In this document: positions 30,079 to 40,497 of the stretch, piece after piece
Layout of the letters: each line of letters opens with the position of its first letter
Numbering within the stretch: the stretch's first letter is position 1
Assembly: GCA_036677065.1 (NCBI GenBank)
Contig: JAKFBS010000002.1
Coordinates: 736,001 to 800,000, forward strand
Length of the DNA stretch: 64,000 nt
Source of the DNA: Bdellovibrio sp.
GTDB taxonomy: Bacteria; Bdellovibrionota; Bdellovibrionia; Bdellovibrionales; Bdellovibrionaceae
Direction: 5' to 3'
Position numbers and translations under genes: made by a program
The notes under the pieces: generated by a model
What the model was told of the DNA's origin: nothing
Seen by the model: only the letters and a program-made list of their open reading frames with translations
Databases searched by the model: none

Positions 30079-32290
30079 CGCCGATAATGCCTTTGATTTT
30101 TTGCAACGCTAAAATTGAATTGCTCAACTGACTTAAATCTTTCACCGAGATTTCAAATATACATACCGCTTTTTTATCGCGCGTCGTTCTGATCTGCGCT
30201 GATTCAATATTAATTCCCTGAGCCGAGAAAGCTTCTGACATTAATTTTAATAAACCAGGAACGTCTTGGCCGATAACTTCAAGTTTAACTTGGCGCTCTT
30301 GCCCAGCGGCTGCAGTTTTCGTTGTCCACGCTACGTCGACCCTGCGCATTTGATCTAACTCAAATACTTTATGGCAATCACTACGATGGATCATGATGCC
30401 CTTACCGCGCGAGATAAAGCCCGAGATCGGATCACCTGGAATCGGCGAACAGCATTTAGCAAAATGCACTAACACATCATCCATGCCGTCGACTGAAACT
30501 AAAGAATTTGTTTTGCGTTTTTTATTTTTCGCAGACTTAACAACTTTTTCCATGAAAGTTGCAGATTCACTTTTAGCATCTTTTGACTCTTCAGCCTCAG
30601 GCACTAATGCAGAAACTAAATGTTTGGGCTCGGTTTTTCCGTAACCAACTTTTACATAGAGATCTTCCACATCAACAACACCGCTTTCACGGATGTACTT
30701 TTCAAAATAATCGCCTTTTAAATACTTCGAGGCAGCCATGCCAAATTTGCGAAATTCTTTTTCCACAAGCTCTTTACCCATGGTTAAAGCATTACGGCGC
30801 TGTTCTTCTTTAACGAATTGGCGCACTTTTGATTTGGCCTTGTTCGTTACAACAAACTTTAACCAATCTTTCGAAGGCGTTTGCGTTTTAAGAGTGATAA
30901 TTTCAACACGATCGCCATTTTGCAGAGCGTGTTTTAACGGAACCATACGCCCATTTACGCGCGCTCCGGTGCAGGTATTTCCAAGATTGGTGTGAATCGC
31001 ATAAGCTAAATCCACTGGCGTCGAATTTTCTGGTAATTCTTTAACGTCACCGCGCGGAGTAAAAACGTAAATGTCTTTTTCCATCAAATCGGTTTTTACC
31101 GTTTCTAAAAATTCATCTGATGATTCTGATTGCTGATGAAGCGATACTAACTCACGCAACCAATTGGCTTGCTGTAATTTGTCACCGGACAAGCTTCCGC
31201 GCTCTTTATAGTTCCAGTGGGCCGCGATCCCTTTTTCGGCGATCAAATGCATTTCTGCGGTACGAATTTGAATTTCGATACGATCGCCACCCGGCCCAAT
31301 CACTGTGGTATGCAGTGATTGGTAATTATTTGATTTTGGCATTGCGATGAAATCTTTAAAACGGCCCGGAATCGGTTTCCAGATTGAATGGATATAGCCT
31401 AAAACTTCGTAACATTCGACCACGCTGCCGACGATAATTCGAAACGCCAGCACATCGTAAATCTGATCGTAATCTAAATTACGTGAAGTCATTTTTCTAT
31501 AGACTGACCATAAATGCTTCGATCGTCCATAGATTTTATACTGTTGAATATTTGATTTGGCTAAAACTTCACTTACGCTTCTTTTTACTTCTTCGATATA
31601 ACGATCAGTGTCGGCTTCAGTTTTTTCGATAAGCTGAACTAACTCATAATATTTATCCGGAAACGAATAACGAAAACATAAATCTTCTAATTCAATTTTT
31701 AAAGCACTGATACCAATACGCCCCGCTAAAGGACAATAAATCTCTAAAGTCTCTTTAGCGATACGGTTTTGTTTTTCGTACGGCATATGATTCAGCGTAC
31801 GCATATTGTGTAACCGATCGGCCAGTTTTACTAAAACGACGCGCACATCTTTACCCATGGACACGATCATCTTACGAATGTTTTCGCCTTGTTTTTCAAA
31901 ACTATTACGAAAATTCATTTGCCCGATTTTAGTTACACCATCAACTAAGTAGGCAACTGTTTCGCCAAATTCACGACGGATATCCTCTAAAGAGACATTC
32001 GTGTCTTCGACAGTATCATGCAGTAATCCTGTCATAATCGTATCCACATCGAGTTTTAAATCGGCTAAAATGCCAGCGACATTCAGTGGATGAGAAATAT
32101 AAGGTTCACCCGAACGACGAACTTGGCCTTCGTGAGCTTTTTCAGAAAACAAATAAGCTTTCTCAACAAGTTGTAGTGGTGCTGCAGGATGGTACGCTTT
32201 GATTTTTGCTAATAGTTCTTCGACGGTTCTCACCGGCTTAGTGGGTAAACGATCATCAAGATGAGACATCAAAGACATGGGATCTGACAT
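30059..32290 (-). CDS. spoT: Bifunctional (p)ppGpp synthetase/hydrolase (long RSH)
   Basis: Intact HD motif (LHDTVED), RFKDFIAMPK, EIQIRT, TGS, ZFD (AKCCSPIPGD) and ACT domains. Confidence 0.95.
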   Translation of the reverse strand: MSDPMSLMSHLDDRLPTKPVRTVEELLAKIKAYHPAAPLQLVEKAYLFSEKAHEGQVRRSGEPYISHPLNVAGILADLKLDVDTIMTGLLHDTVEDTNVSLEDIRREFGETVAYLVDGVTKIGQMNFRNSFEKQGENIRKMIVSMGKDVRVVLVKLADRLHNMRTLNHMPYEKQNRIAKETLEIYCPLAGRIGISALKIELEDLCFRYSFPDKYYELVQLIEKTEADTDRYIEEVKRSVSEVLAKSNIQQYKIYGRSKHLWSVYRKMTSRNLDYDQIYDVLAFRIIVGSVVECYEVLGYIHSIWKPIPGRFKDFIAMPKSNNYQSLHTTVIGPGGDRIEIQIRTAEMHLIAEKGIAAHWNYKERGSLSGDKLQQANWLRELVSLHQQSESSDEFLETVKTDLMEKDIYVFTPRGDVKELPENSTPVDLAYAIHTNLGNTCTGARVNGRMVPLKHALQNGDRVEIITLKTQTPSKDWLKFVVTNKAKSKVRQFVKEEQRRNALTMGKELVEKEFRKFGMAASKYLKGDYFEKYIRESGVVDVEDLYVKVGYGKTEPKHLVSALVPEAEESKDAKSESATFMEKVVKSAKNKKRKTNSLVSVDGMDDVLVHFAKCCSPIPGDPISGFISRGKGIMIHRSDCHKVFELDQMRRVDVAWTTKTAAAGQERQVKLEVIGQDVPGLLKLMSEAFSAQGINIESAQIRTTRDKKAVCIFEISVKDLSQLSNSILALQKIKGIIGVKRVTE

Positions 32291-32305
32291 TCATTTATTT
32301 TAAAG

Positions 32306-32334
32306 CAAAAATCCCGCCTTGTGAGCGGGATTTT
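32306..32334 (-). terminator. Intrinsic terminator after rpoZ
   Basis: AAAATCCCGC-N7-GCGGGATTTT inverted repeat with T tracts on both strands. Confidence 0.7.
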
Positions 32335-32395
32335 AACGAATTTTAACAATTCAGACTTTAGACTGTTTATTTAGGGCGTTGTCTGCGACAACAGA

Positions 32396-32635
32396 TTATT
32401 TATTCAAATCGCGTAACATGTCTTCGCGAGCCGTGTCTGCATCGATTTTTGTATCGAAAATCACGTTACCGATAGCCACTTCACGAAGTGAGTTAACGAT
32501 ATATTTGTTATTACGGGTTGCTACTGTGCACTCGCCGCCTTTTAACAATTGTTTCGCGCGTTTAGCCACTAATAGGACTAAAGCAAAACGATTTGGAACT
32601 TTATCTAGGCAATCTTCTACGGTTACACGAGCCAT
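32396..32635 (-). CDS. rpoZ: RNA polymerase omega subunit
   Basis: [28 protein letters not shown]. Confidence 0.97.
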   Translation of the reverse strand: MARVTVEDCLDKVPNRFALVLLVAKRAKQLLKGGECTVATRNNKYIVNSLREVAIGNVIFDTKIDADTAREDMLRDLNK

Positions 32636-32669
32636 GGGACCTCCGGTTTACAAGCTATAAGTTTTAACC

Positions 32670-33245
32670 TTAAGCGAGCCAGGTATCAACGATTTTCTTA
32701 AATTCGGCAAAAGAGCGTTCAAAATCGTCATTAACGATTCTGACGTCAAATTCGTGGGCTTTAGCCATCTCTTTTTCAGCATTTTGCATGCGAACTTCTA
32801 GGTCAGGTGGAGGATTCCCATCGCGCTTAATGACGCGACGGCGTAATTCATCTAAAGATGGAGGCAAAATAAACACGGTTTTAGCATCTGGGTACTTGCT
32901 CTTAAAGGTCGCAACCCCTTGGATATCGATATCCATAATCACTACTTTACCCTGAGCCCAGGCTTTTTGAAGCTGTTCGTATGATGTGCCGTAGTGATTC
33001 GTGTGAACCTTCGCCCACTCGATAAAGAAATTTTCATTCTTTTTTTGTTCGAAATCTTCAGGTGTAATAAAGAAATACGGCTTACCTTGGGATTCACCAG
33101 TGCGCATCGTGCGAGTGGTGTATGTAACCAGGTCGTGCAACCGATGATCTTCGGCAGCTAATTTTTCCACGAAACTACTTTTGCCTGCACCACTCGGGGC
33201 AGCCACAATAATCATTCGTGTTGCATTAGCTTTTTCTTTACTCAA
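32670..33245 (-). CDS. gmk: Guanylate kinase
   Basis: APSGAGKS, TTR..R.GE, YGT and DIDIQG. Confidence 0.96.
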   Translation of the reverse strand: MSKEKANATRMIIVAAPSGAGKSSFVEKLAAEDHRLHDLVTYTTRTMRTGESQGKPYFFITPEDFEQKKNENFFIEWAKVHTNHYGTSYEQLQKAWAQGKVVIMDIDIQGVATFKSKYPDAKTVFILPPSLDELRRRVIKRDGNPPPDLEVRMQNAEKEMAKAHEFDVRIVNDDFERSFAEFKKIVDTWLA

Positions 33246-34128
33246 TGTTTTGCACCTGTTCTCGGATTCGTTCGATAAGTGTTTTAGCTTCTACAACAGA
33301 TTCAGTGATTCCGGCAACCTGACTTTTTGATCCAATCGTATTAACTTCACGCAATAATTCTTGTGTATAAAAATCAAGCTTTTTGCCTTCGACCACAGAA
33401 TTTTCAATTAACTTTTCGAAATTTTTTAAATGCTCTGTTAAACGAATAAGCTCTTCGTTGATATCAGCTTTCTCGAGCTGAATGACAATTTCCTGAGAAA
33501 TGCGTAAAGGATCAACCGACTGCCCGGCCAATTCTTTTGGCAGACGAGATTTGATTTTCGCTTCGAATTTCTCCTGCAAAAATTTATTAGCGTCATCACG
33601 TAGTTTAGAAATTTTTAAAACGTGCTTTTGCAGATCTTTTAAATTTTTTGAAAGATCTTTTTTAAGCGCTAAGCCTTCACGAATTTTTTCTTGTTCAAAT
33701 TTCTTTAAGGCCACTTCAAATGCTTTTTTAAGTAACGCCATTTCTTGTGGATTAAGACTATCGGTTTCTTCCATCACGATCACATCGTTTTGGCGCGAAA
33801 TTAAATCAAAACGAATGGCATCGTTTAATTTTAAATCTTTAGCTAATTTTTTAAATGATTTTAAATACTCTTGTGCAAGTTTTGTATTAATAACAACTTT
33901 GCCCGTGGCGTGGTTAGCTTTTAGCTTACGCGAAATATAAATATCAACGGTGCCACGCAAAGCGTAGACAGCTAATCTTTTCTTTAAATCAGATTCAAAA
34001 ATAAAATAAGGCTTCGGTAAATGGAAGCGTGTCTCTAGAAATCGACCGTTAACGGCGCGAATACTAATTTCAAGCGACACTTCATTAGTTTGAGCTCGGC
34101 AAAGTCCGTAGCCAGTCATGCTTTTCAT
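33238..34128 (-). CDS. yicC: YicC/YloC family endoribonuclease
   Basis: MKSMTGYG, DINEELIRL, GKKLDFYTQELLREVNTIGSKS and REQVQNIE. Confidence 0.95.
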   Translation of the reverse strand: MKSMTGYGLCRAQTNEVSLEISIRAVNGRFLETRFHLPKPYFIFESDLKKRLAVYALRGTVDIYISRKLKANHATGKVVINTKLAQEYLKSFKKLAKDLKLNDAIRFDLISRQNDVIVMEETDSLNPQEMALLKKAFEVALKKFEQEKIREGLALKKDLSKNLKDLQKHVLKISKLRDDANKFLQEKFEAKIKSRLPKELAGQSVDPLRISQEIVIQLEKADINEELIRLTEHLKNFEKLIENSVVEGKKLDFYTQELLREVNTIGSKSQVAGITESVVEAKTLIERIREQVQNIE

Positions 34129-34168
34129 TCTATTATTATCATTCCTTGCATACTAATGCGTCAAAAGT

Positions 34169-35098
34169 TCAATCGAGAAAGTCCTGAACTGCGCGTTCAA
34201 TAACTTCATATTTAGGCGAAAACACATCCGACCAAAGTATTGTTTCGTCTCGCTTGAACCAAGTTTTCTGTTTTTTCACAAGTTTCATCGTGGCCTGAGT
34301 GATCGCTGCGGGTAATTCTTCACGCGAAATCTTTCCTTGTAAATAAGCTTTAGTTTCTAAATAACCCACACTTGCCAGCGGCGCCCAAGATTCAAAACCT
34401 TGGTTTAAAAAGCTTTTGGTTTCTTCGATGATGCCTTCATCCAGCATTTTTACAGTTCGCTGATGAATGCGGTTCATGAATTTTTCTTTATTTTCAGTCT
34501 CAAACGTTAGACCGATTTTCATCGACGGGTACGGTAATTTATTTTTATTATCTGCCCCTGCATTTTTAAATTCAGACATTTTTAAATTAAAAGCGCGCTT
34601 TACTTCCAGGGCACGACCCACGCGGTAATGGTCATTTGGATGCAATTCAGTGTCTGGATCAAAATTTTTTAGTTCGACAAACATTTTTTCTGATCCGAAA
34701 GTTTCAAAATCAGTTAATACTTCTTTTTTTATTTCTTCACTGACTTCAGGCAAATCATACATGCCTTTTTCTAAAGCCTGAATATAAAACCCCGTGCCAC
34801 CGACAACAAAGATCGGCGAATTCACTTTGCCTGATTCGATCAATTCATAAAAATCACGGATATATTGCCCTGCTGTCATTTCAGCGGGAGCTTTGACGTA
34901 AGAAAACAAATAATGCGGGGCTTGTTTTTTTTCGTCATCAGTAGGAGCCGCTGAACCGATATTTAAGCCCTCGTAAAACTGCACACTATCAATATTTATA
35001 ATGCTGCCATTAAATTTTTTAGCTAATTGCAAGGCTAACTGACTTTTTCCAGAGGCTGTTGGGCCGACGACAAAAATAACTTTGGTTTGCTCACTCAC
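34169..35098 (-). CDS. miaA: tRNA dimethylallyltransferase
   Basis: GPTASGKS, DSVQFY, VGGTGFY and KKQKTWF; follows mutL. Confidence 0.96.
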   Translation of the reverse strand: MSEQTKVIFVVGPTASGKSQLALQLAKKFNGSIINIDSVQFYEGLNIGSAAPTDDEKKQAPHYLFSYVKAPAEMTAGQYIRDFYELIESGKVNSPIFVVGGTGFYIQALEKGMYDLPEVSEEIKKEVLTDFETFGSEKMFVELKNFDPDTELHPNDHYRVGRALEVKRAFNLKMSEFKNAGADNKNKLPYPSMKIGLTFETENKEKFMNRIHQRTVKMLDEGIIEETKSFLNQGFESWAPLASVGYLETKAYLQGKISREELPAAITQATMKLVKKQKTWFKRDETILWSDVFSPKYEVIERAVQDFLD

Positions 35099-36897
35099 AG
35101 CGTTCGACCAAACTGTTTTTCAATATCGTTGAATGTAAATTCAACTGACACCGGTCGACCGTGTGGGCAAAAAGACGACAGCGGAAATTCATCCATGCTT
35201 TTTAGCAACTCAACCATCTCGGCTTGGCTTAAGCTTTGGCCGGCACGAACGACTGAATGACAAGCCATCGTTGCAAATAAATCTGCGATCGATTTTTCTA
35301 ATGAATAACTGCCGCCGTAATCAACAAGATCGGTGGCCATTTTATCAAATATTTTTGGTAAAGCCGCTTCTTTAACAAATAACGGAGCTGATTTTACGCC
35401 GATAACATTGGGGCCTAAAGATTCGATCTCGATTCCCATTTTAGAGATGTCTTGCGCTTTTACTAATAAGGCTTCAACTTTTTCTGGCGACATATCAATC
35501 GCTAATGGAAATAGAAAATCCTGTTGATCAATGTGGCCGCCTTTCCATTTGCGCATTAACTTTTCAAAAGCCACGCGTTCATGAGCCGCATGTTGATCAA
35601 CTAAAATCATGCGATCATTTTTTTGACAAACTAAGTAAGTTAAATTGAGTTGTCCTAAGACTTGTAAGCCTGACCAGAATCCATTCGTGGTATTGGTTGC
35701 AATAACCGGAGAAGAATCCATTTTTAGCTGCGATAACTGCTCAAGCATATTCAGTTTAGTTTTAAACTGCGTATTACCTAATGATGAACCCAGATCAGTA
35801 AAACGTGTTTGATCCTGAACTTGCATCTGCGGATTCATTTCGCGCACGAAATTATAATTCGCTGGTTCGCTCGTTGTAGCAGGCTGCGCACCACTTACTT
35901 TAGGAACCCATGGTGCCAGTTCTAAACCTTGTCTGACAGCGCCGTGCACGGCCCGAAATGCCTCTGAGGCTTCTTGAAACTTAACTTGTGATTTTGTCGG
36001 ATGAATATTGACGTCGATTAAATCTGGCGCACATTCTAAATCAATCACCACTTGCGGGTATTCACCATGCATTAATAAACTTCGGTAAGCTTCAGTGATA
36101 GCGGCTTGTAAACCGCGATCTTGGATCCAGCGTTTTTGCGCAAAAATCCAAATATTTTTTGAAGTTTTTTGTGTATCATGCGGCGAAGAAAAATAAGCTT
36201 TTACCACATATGACTTGTAACGGTTTTCTTGCACGAAAATGCGGTCTAACCCTAAAACTTGCGAGGCCCGCACTGAAATATCATTAGCATCAGGCTGAGC
36301 TTTAAAAAATAAATCAAGCTTACCATTTTCAATAAGCTTAAATTCAACATGTGGATAGGCTAATGATAATGCTCTGATCACGTTTCTGATTTGTGCTAGT
36401 TCTGCTGAATCTGATTTTAAAAACTTTAAGCGCGCCGGAACATTTTCAAAAAGGGCATCTACAGTTAACTGCGTGCCTTGATCGATCGATGACGGCATTA
36501 CATCACTGATTAAGCCAAAATCAGATTTAATTTGAAAAGCTGATTTTGCTTTTTTTGTTTTACTCATCAGTGTCAGTTTTGAAACTGCGGCCACGCTGGC
36601 TAAAGCTTCGCCACGAAATCCGTAAGTTGATAAATTCCAGAGATCATTGGTTTGGGTGATTTTACTGGTCGCATGCCGCTGCAGCGCTAAGGGTAAATCT
36701 TCTTTTGTGATACCGTCACCGTTATCAGTGATTTTAATAAACTTACCGCCAAAATTAACATCGATCTGAATTTGTGTAGAGTTGGCATCAAGACTGTTCT
36801 CGAGCAATTCTTTGACTAAATGTGAAGGGCGTTCGACGACTTCGCCAGCGGCGATCTGATTGACTACATCAGGAGATAAAACTTGAATCAATGACAT
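35095..36897 (-). CDS. mutL: DNA mismatch repair endonuclease MutL
   Basis: IAAGEVVERP, GFRGEAL, DQHAAHER, ACH and CPHGRP (endonuclease-positive type). Confidence 0.98.
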   Translation of the reverse strand: MSLIQVLSPDVVNQIAAGEVVERPSHLVKELLENSLDANSTQIQIDVNFGGKFIKITDNGDGITKEDLPLALQRHATSKITQTNDLWNLSTYGFRGEALASVAAVSKLTLMSKTKKAKSAFQIKSDFGLISDVMPSSIDQGTQLTVDALFENVPARLKFLKSDSAELAQIRNVIRALSLAYPHVEFKLIENGKLDLFFKAQPDANDISVRASQVLGLDRIFVQENRYKSYVVKAYFSSPHDTQKTSKNIWIFAQKRWIQDRGLQAAITEAYRSLLMHGEYPQVVIDLECAPDLIDVNIHPTKSQVKFQEASEAFRAVHGAVRQGLELAPWVPKVSGAQPATTSEPANYNFVREMNPQMQVQDQTRFTDLGSSLGNTQFKTKLNMLEQLSQLKMDSSPVIATNTTNGFWSGLQVLGQLNLTYLVCQKNDRMILVDQHAAHERVAFEKLMRKWKGGHIDQQDFLFPLAIDMSPEKVEALLVKAQDISKMGIEIESLGPNVIGVKSAPLFVKEAALPKIFDKMATDLVDYGGSYSLEKSIADLFATMACHSVVRAGQSLSQAEMVELLKSMDEFPLSSFCPHGRPVSVEFTFNDIEKQFGRTL

Positions 36898-36914
36898 AGG
36901 CTTTTATAAAAAAC

Positions 36915-37778
36915 TTAGAATAAAAAGCCAACTCCAAAACCGCCGTAACCCTCTTTATCCCAAAAGTAACGTAAACCTAAATCAATGGTCAGATAGCGGC
37001 TATGGAGCATTATTCCGGCCTGAACATCTAAGCCTGCCGTCAGATCTTGAAGATTGTACTTACTTTGAGGGCGCAATGGTGCATCTTGGATGGCAAAATA
37101 CGAATAGCGTAAAAAAGGCCCTGCACCATAACGCAAAGAAGTGTTTGAATTTAAGGCAGAAACATTTGAAATTCCTGCGGCGCCCCAAAAAACTGCGCCT
37201 GAAGTTTTAGCTCCGGTCTTATCGGCATAATAATCTGGAGGCTTTGTAGCCACCATCAAATCATAGGTAAGACCCGATTGGTAATTACCCTGCATCGGTT
37301 GATAACGAAAACCATAAGCCGCAAGATCTGCAACTTGAATTCCACCCATAGTGTCTTCACGAAAGTTAATAATTGAAAATGTCACACCTTTATAATTGAT
37401 ATTTGGATTTTCAGTGTCGTCTTCAGCGTCTTCGTCTTCCATTTCACGTTTGGCGCGCTTGGCATTTTTATCAATATCATCGCCTTTAAAGCTTTGTTCT
37501 TTAACAGTGCCAATACCTTCGATGTTTAAATCTGTATCTGGAATATACCCGATCGTTCCATCTTTAAATTTAACTTTGTAAAAAGGGCCGTAGGTTTTTT
37601 TTGAAACTAAAAACGATTGATCAGGATCCACTGAGCCAATGACCGCAGCATCAAAATCCGGGGTGCCATAAACATCCGTGTCTGCATTTAAAACGCGAGC
37701 TTTGTTTTGCGCTGAAGCAAATGAACTGCATAAACAAAAAATGATGATTAAAAAAATCTGCGAAGCTAGTCTCATCAC
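36915..37778 (-). CDS. SH3b-like domain plus putative beta-barrel outer-membrane protein
   Basis: Signal peptide, SH3b-like segment (VYGTPDF...FYKVKFKDGTIGYI), acidic linker, C-terminal GVGFLF. Confidence 0.6.
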   Translation of the reverse strand: MMRLASQIFLIIIFCLCSSFASAQNKARVLNADTDVYGTPDFDAAVIGSVDPDQSFLVSKKTYGPFYKVKFKDGTIGYIPDTDLNIEGIGTVKEQSFKGDDIDKNAKRAKREMEDEDAEDDTENPNINYKGVTFSIINFREDTMGGIQVADLAAYGFRYQPMQGNYQSGLTYDLMVATKPPDYYADKTGAKTSGAVFWGAAGISNVSALNSNTSLRYGAGPFLRYSYFAIQDAPLRPQSKYNLQDLTAGLDVQAGIMLHSRYLTIDLGLRYFWDKEGYGGFGVGFLF

Positions 37779-37800
37779 CCGTCATTATTAAATCAACGGA

Positions 37801-38211
37801 TTAACCACGCAAGGATAAATTTTCGCCGCCATAACTTGGCGCACGGCGAGTTGGTAAATTCAAAGCTGGTTTTAGTAAAAATGCTGGGTCTTCAGAACGT
37901 GTTTTCATGAATGCTTTAATTTTAACTGCCGCAAGCTCGGGGTTTTTCATATAAAGCATTGGATCAAATCCACAATGCTGGCACAGTAAGGATTGGCGCC
38001 AGCGAAGCTTGGTGCAACTTTCGCCCACCATTAACAGCGTTCCTAAAATCACCAGACCGCGCACATCTGGCTGATGCCAGATCACAAATGTCATAACGTA
38101 ACTTAATAGCACCATACCAATAATACCCAGCATACTCAGATGCTTACTGGTGTAAACTTTACGAGTATTTTTGCAAAAGGCGCAGTAGCAAGATTTACGA
38201 TTTTGGATCAT
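37801..38211 (-). CDS. Hypothetical membrane protein with two CxxC pairs
   Basis: AAGGA RBS before ATG 38211; CAFC, two TMs, CQHC. Confidence 0.65.
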   Translation of the reverse strand: MIQNRKSCYCAFCKNTRKVYTSKHLSMLGIIGMVLLSYVMTFVIWHQPDVRGLVILGTLLMVGESCTKLRWRQSLLCQHCGFDPMLYMKNPELAAVKIKAFMKTRSEDPAFLLKPALNLPTRRAPSYGGENLSLRG

Positions 38212-38300
38212 TTGTATTTCCTTGTATTTCCAGTTTGCCAAAGAATAGGTTTATTTTCTATTCTGAGACTCATAATAGTAAAGGATTAGCCTTAAGCCCG

Positions 38301-38789
38301 ATGAAGATAGAACTCAAACCAAACTGTTTACTGACTAAACGCCCTCTGAAACTGGTCTCTGGTCCTAAGAGCATCTTTTTCTACCGTACGCCCTGGGGGT
38401 TACTGCCCGAGGTTCTCTATGAACATGGCTACCGTGCTTCGGTGATGCAGCTGCCTTTTAACGACAAAGAATTGCGCCAAAAAGCTTTTACTCACCGTCT
38501 TGCTGAACTTAATGATTGTCACATTGTGATCGATGAAAAGACCTACCAAGAATTTTCAAGCCTTTTGCAAAACGTGAAAAATTCGACAATCACCATCACT
38601 GGCGAAAACTACAAACCCACATACAAAACGACATCACTCACTTACAATTTACACCGGGCTTGGCTTAAGTTTTTAGGGTTTGAAGCGACCTCTCCACAAA
38701 ATTTGTTTCTGAATGCTGATAAAAACACCTGGTATGCCTTTATAGATCACTGCGTGAAGTTAGCAGAACTTGATTTCCTTTCGGAATAA
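38301..38789 (+). CDS. Hypothetical protein
   Basis: ORF of about 162 aa from ATG 38301 (track start 38235); co-oriented with the next two genes. Confidence 0.55.
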   Translation: MKIELKPNCLLTKRPLKLVSGPKSIFFYRTPWGLLPEVLYEHGYRASVMQLPFNDKELRQKAFTHRLAELNDCHIVIDEKTYQEFSSLLQNVKNSTITITGENYKPTYKTTSLTYNLHRAWLKFLGFEATSPQNLFLNADKNTWYAFIDHCVKLAELDFLSE

Positions 38790-38803
38790 GAGATAATTTC
38801 TTA

Positions 38804-39346
38804 ATGAGAGAAGTTAATCCGCAAATGGAACCCCAAAAAGCGAATGTTCGCGAAATTCTGAATTACTTAAAAGAATTCGTGAAAAATCCGGTTTTAAAAA
38901 TTACTGAAATCCCTTCTTGGGATTGGATGTCTTTAATCATCGTGCAAATCACGTTTGCAGTCGTTTCTGGTGTTTTAGCCGGAGCAATCAAACTTAATTT
39001 ACTTCGCGCGCTGTCAGGCATTTTTTTAATGCCGATTGTGTCTACGATTTCGAGTATGCTTTTAACCACATTTTTCTATTATTATTTTCAATTTTTTGAA
39101 AACCGCACCGAAAGCTATCGTCGCATTTTTGCTTTTGTCACTTTAGCTTCAATTCCCTTTTATATTTTTCAAATTGCCTCTGAGTATTTTCCGCCGGTTA
39201 CTTTAGTGGGTTTTGGCTTTACCAGCTTACTTTGTGTTGTCGGACTATCAGAAAACTTTAGGGTCGATCGTAAACGCGCTTACCAAATCGCAGTTTTTTT
39301 GTACCTTTTAGTGCTAGCTACGTGGTTATTAAATAAATATATATGA
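38804..39346 (+). CDS. Yip1-like multi-pass membrane protein
   Basis: Five hydrophobic segments with Yip1-like spacing. Confidence 0.55.
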   Translation: MREVNPQMEPQKANVREILNYLKEFVKNPVLKITEIPSWDWMSLIIVQITFAVVSGVLAGAIKLNLLRALSGIFLMPIVSTISSMLLTTFFYYYFQFFENRTESYRRIFAFVTLASIPFYIFQIASEYFPPVTLVGFGFTSLLCVVGLSENFRVDRKRAYQIAVFLYLLVLATWLLNKYI

Positions 39347-39681
39347 GCCGTATTAAAACCTACTCAGAATTTTGGTTTTTTTACTTACAAGAGCATTCGA
39401 ATGCTACGAACCGCACCTTACATTTTATCGGAACAACATTAGTTTTGCTTTTAGCAAGCCTTGCACTGGCTACTGGAAATTATAATATTTTTTGGCTGTG
39501 CCCGCTTGCGGGATACGCTTTTGCCTGGGTTGGGCATTTTAAAATCGAGCATAACAGGCCTGCGACTTTTAAATACCCGTTTTGGAGTTTGCTTTCAGAT
39601 TTTAAAATGTATTTCTACTTCTTAACCCGAAAACTCAATTCAGAAATCGAAAAATCTAAAGACTATAAATTTAACAGCTAA
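39343..39681 (+). CDS. DUF962/Mpo1-like membrane protein
   Basis: FYLQEHSN.TNR.LHFIG and WVGHF.IEHNRPATFKYP. Confidence 0.85.
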   Translation: MSRIKTYSEFWFFYLQEHSNATNRTLHFIGTTLVLLLASLALATGNYNIFWLCPLAGYAFAWVGHFKIEHNRPATFKYPFWSLLSDFKMYFYFLTRKLNSEIEKSKDYKFNS

Positions 39682-39687
39682 ATTTAA

Positions 39688-40479
39688 CTAAGGTTTCTTT
39701 TCAAAAAATGCATCGACAGCCATTTCATGATCTTTAGTTCTTTGCGTGATACCTTGAAACGCTGCCAATAAATCTAAATTCACCTGCAAATCATTACGAT
39801 AAGCAGCTTTTAAAGATTTTTTAGCCATTTGCACAGCTACTGCCGGAAGGTTCGCAATCTTAGTGGCAAGGACTGTAACTTCTTTTTCTAAATCAGCCGT
39901 TTCAACAAAGTAATTCATCAGGCCAAAATCAAAAGCTTTTTTACCCGAGATAATTTCAGCGGTCATTGTCATTTGCATGGCTTTAGAGAACCCCACAACT
40001 CGAGTTAAAAAATAAGTTCCGCCGTCTCCTGGAACTAACCCAAGCTTTGCGAAAGTTTCGCCAAAACGCGATTCTTCACAACCTACACGTAAATCACACA
40101 TCATCGCTAAATCGTTGCCTGCACCTATCGCGGCACCATTCACCATGGCAATAATAGGCTTAGAAAGATCTTCCATACATTTTGGAATTTTTTGAATGCC
40201 ATGCATATAGCGCATACGCAATTCGTTTGAATCCCCTTGAAACATGCCCGATTTATCTTTCATCGCTTGCACATCGCCGCCGGCTGAAAATGCTCTGCCT
40301 GCACCGCGAATCACGATAACTTTCACATCAGGGTTCATATCTGCCTTAAAAAGTGTTGCCACCAATGAATCAATCATTTCATAGCTAATGGCGTTCAGTT
40401 TTTCAGGGTTATTCAAGGTAATCCAAAGCTGATTTTGATTTTTCATTTCAGACATTAAGTGCGGCAGATTTTGTGTCAT
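39688..40479 (-). CDS. Enoyl-CoA hydratase/isomerase (crotonase) family protein
   Basis: LNNPEKLNA, AFSAGGD, VNGAAIGAG and LGLVPGDGG. Confidence 0.92.
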   Translation of the reverse strand: MTQNLPHLMSEMKNQNQLWITLNNPEKLNAISYEMIDSLVATLFKADMNPDVKVIVIRGAGRAFSAGGDVQAMKDKSGMFQGDSNELRMRYMHGIQKIPKCMEDLSKPIIAMVNGAAIGAGNDLAMMCDLRVGCEESRFGETFAKLGLVPGDGGTYFLTRVVGFSKAMQMTMTAEIISGKKAFDFGLMNYFVETADLEKEVTVLATKIANLPAVAVQMAKKSLKAAYRNDLQVNLDLLAAFQGITQRTKDHEMAVDAFFEKKP

Positions 40480-40497
40480 TGAAAGTTTCCTCTTTTA

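Noticed and set aside
38279..38305. Possible sigma28 promoter TAAA...CCCGATGA
   Set aside because: Spacing is one base short, the -10 is imperfect, and it overlaps the probable start codon.
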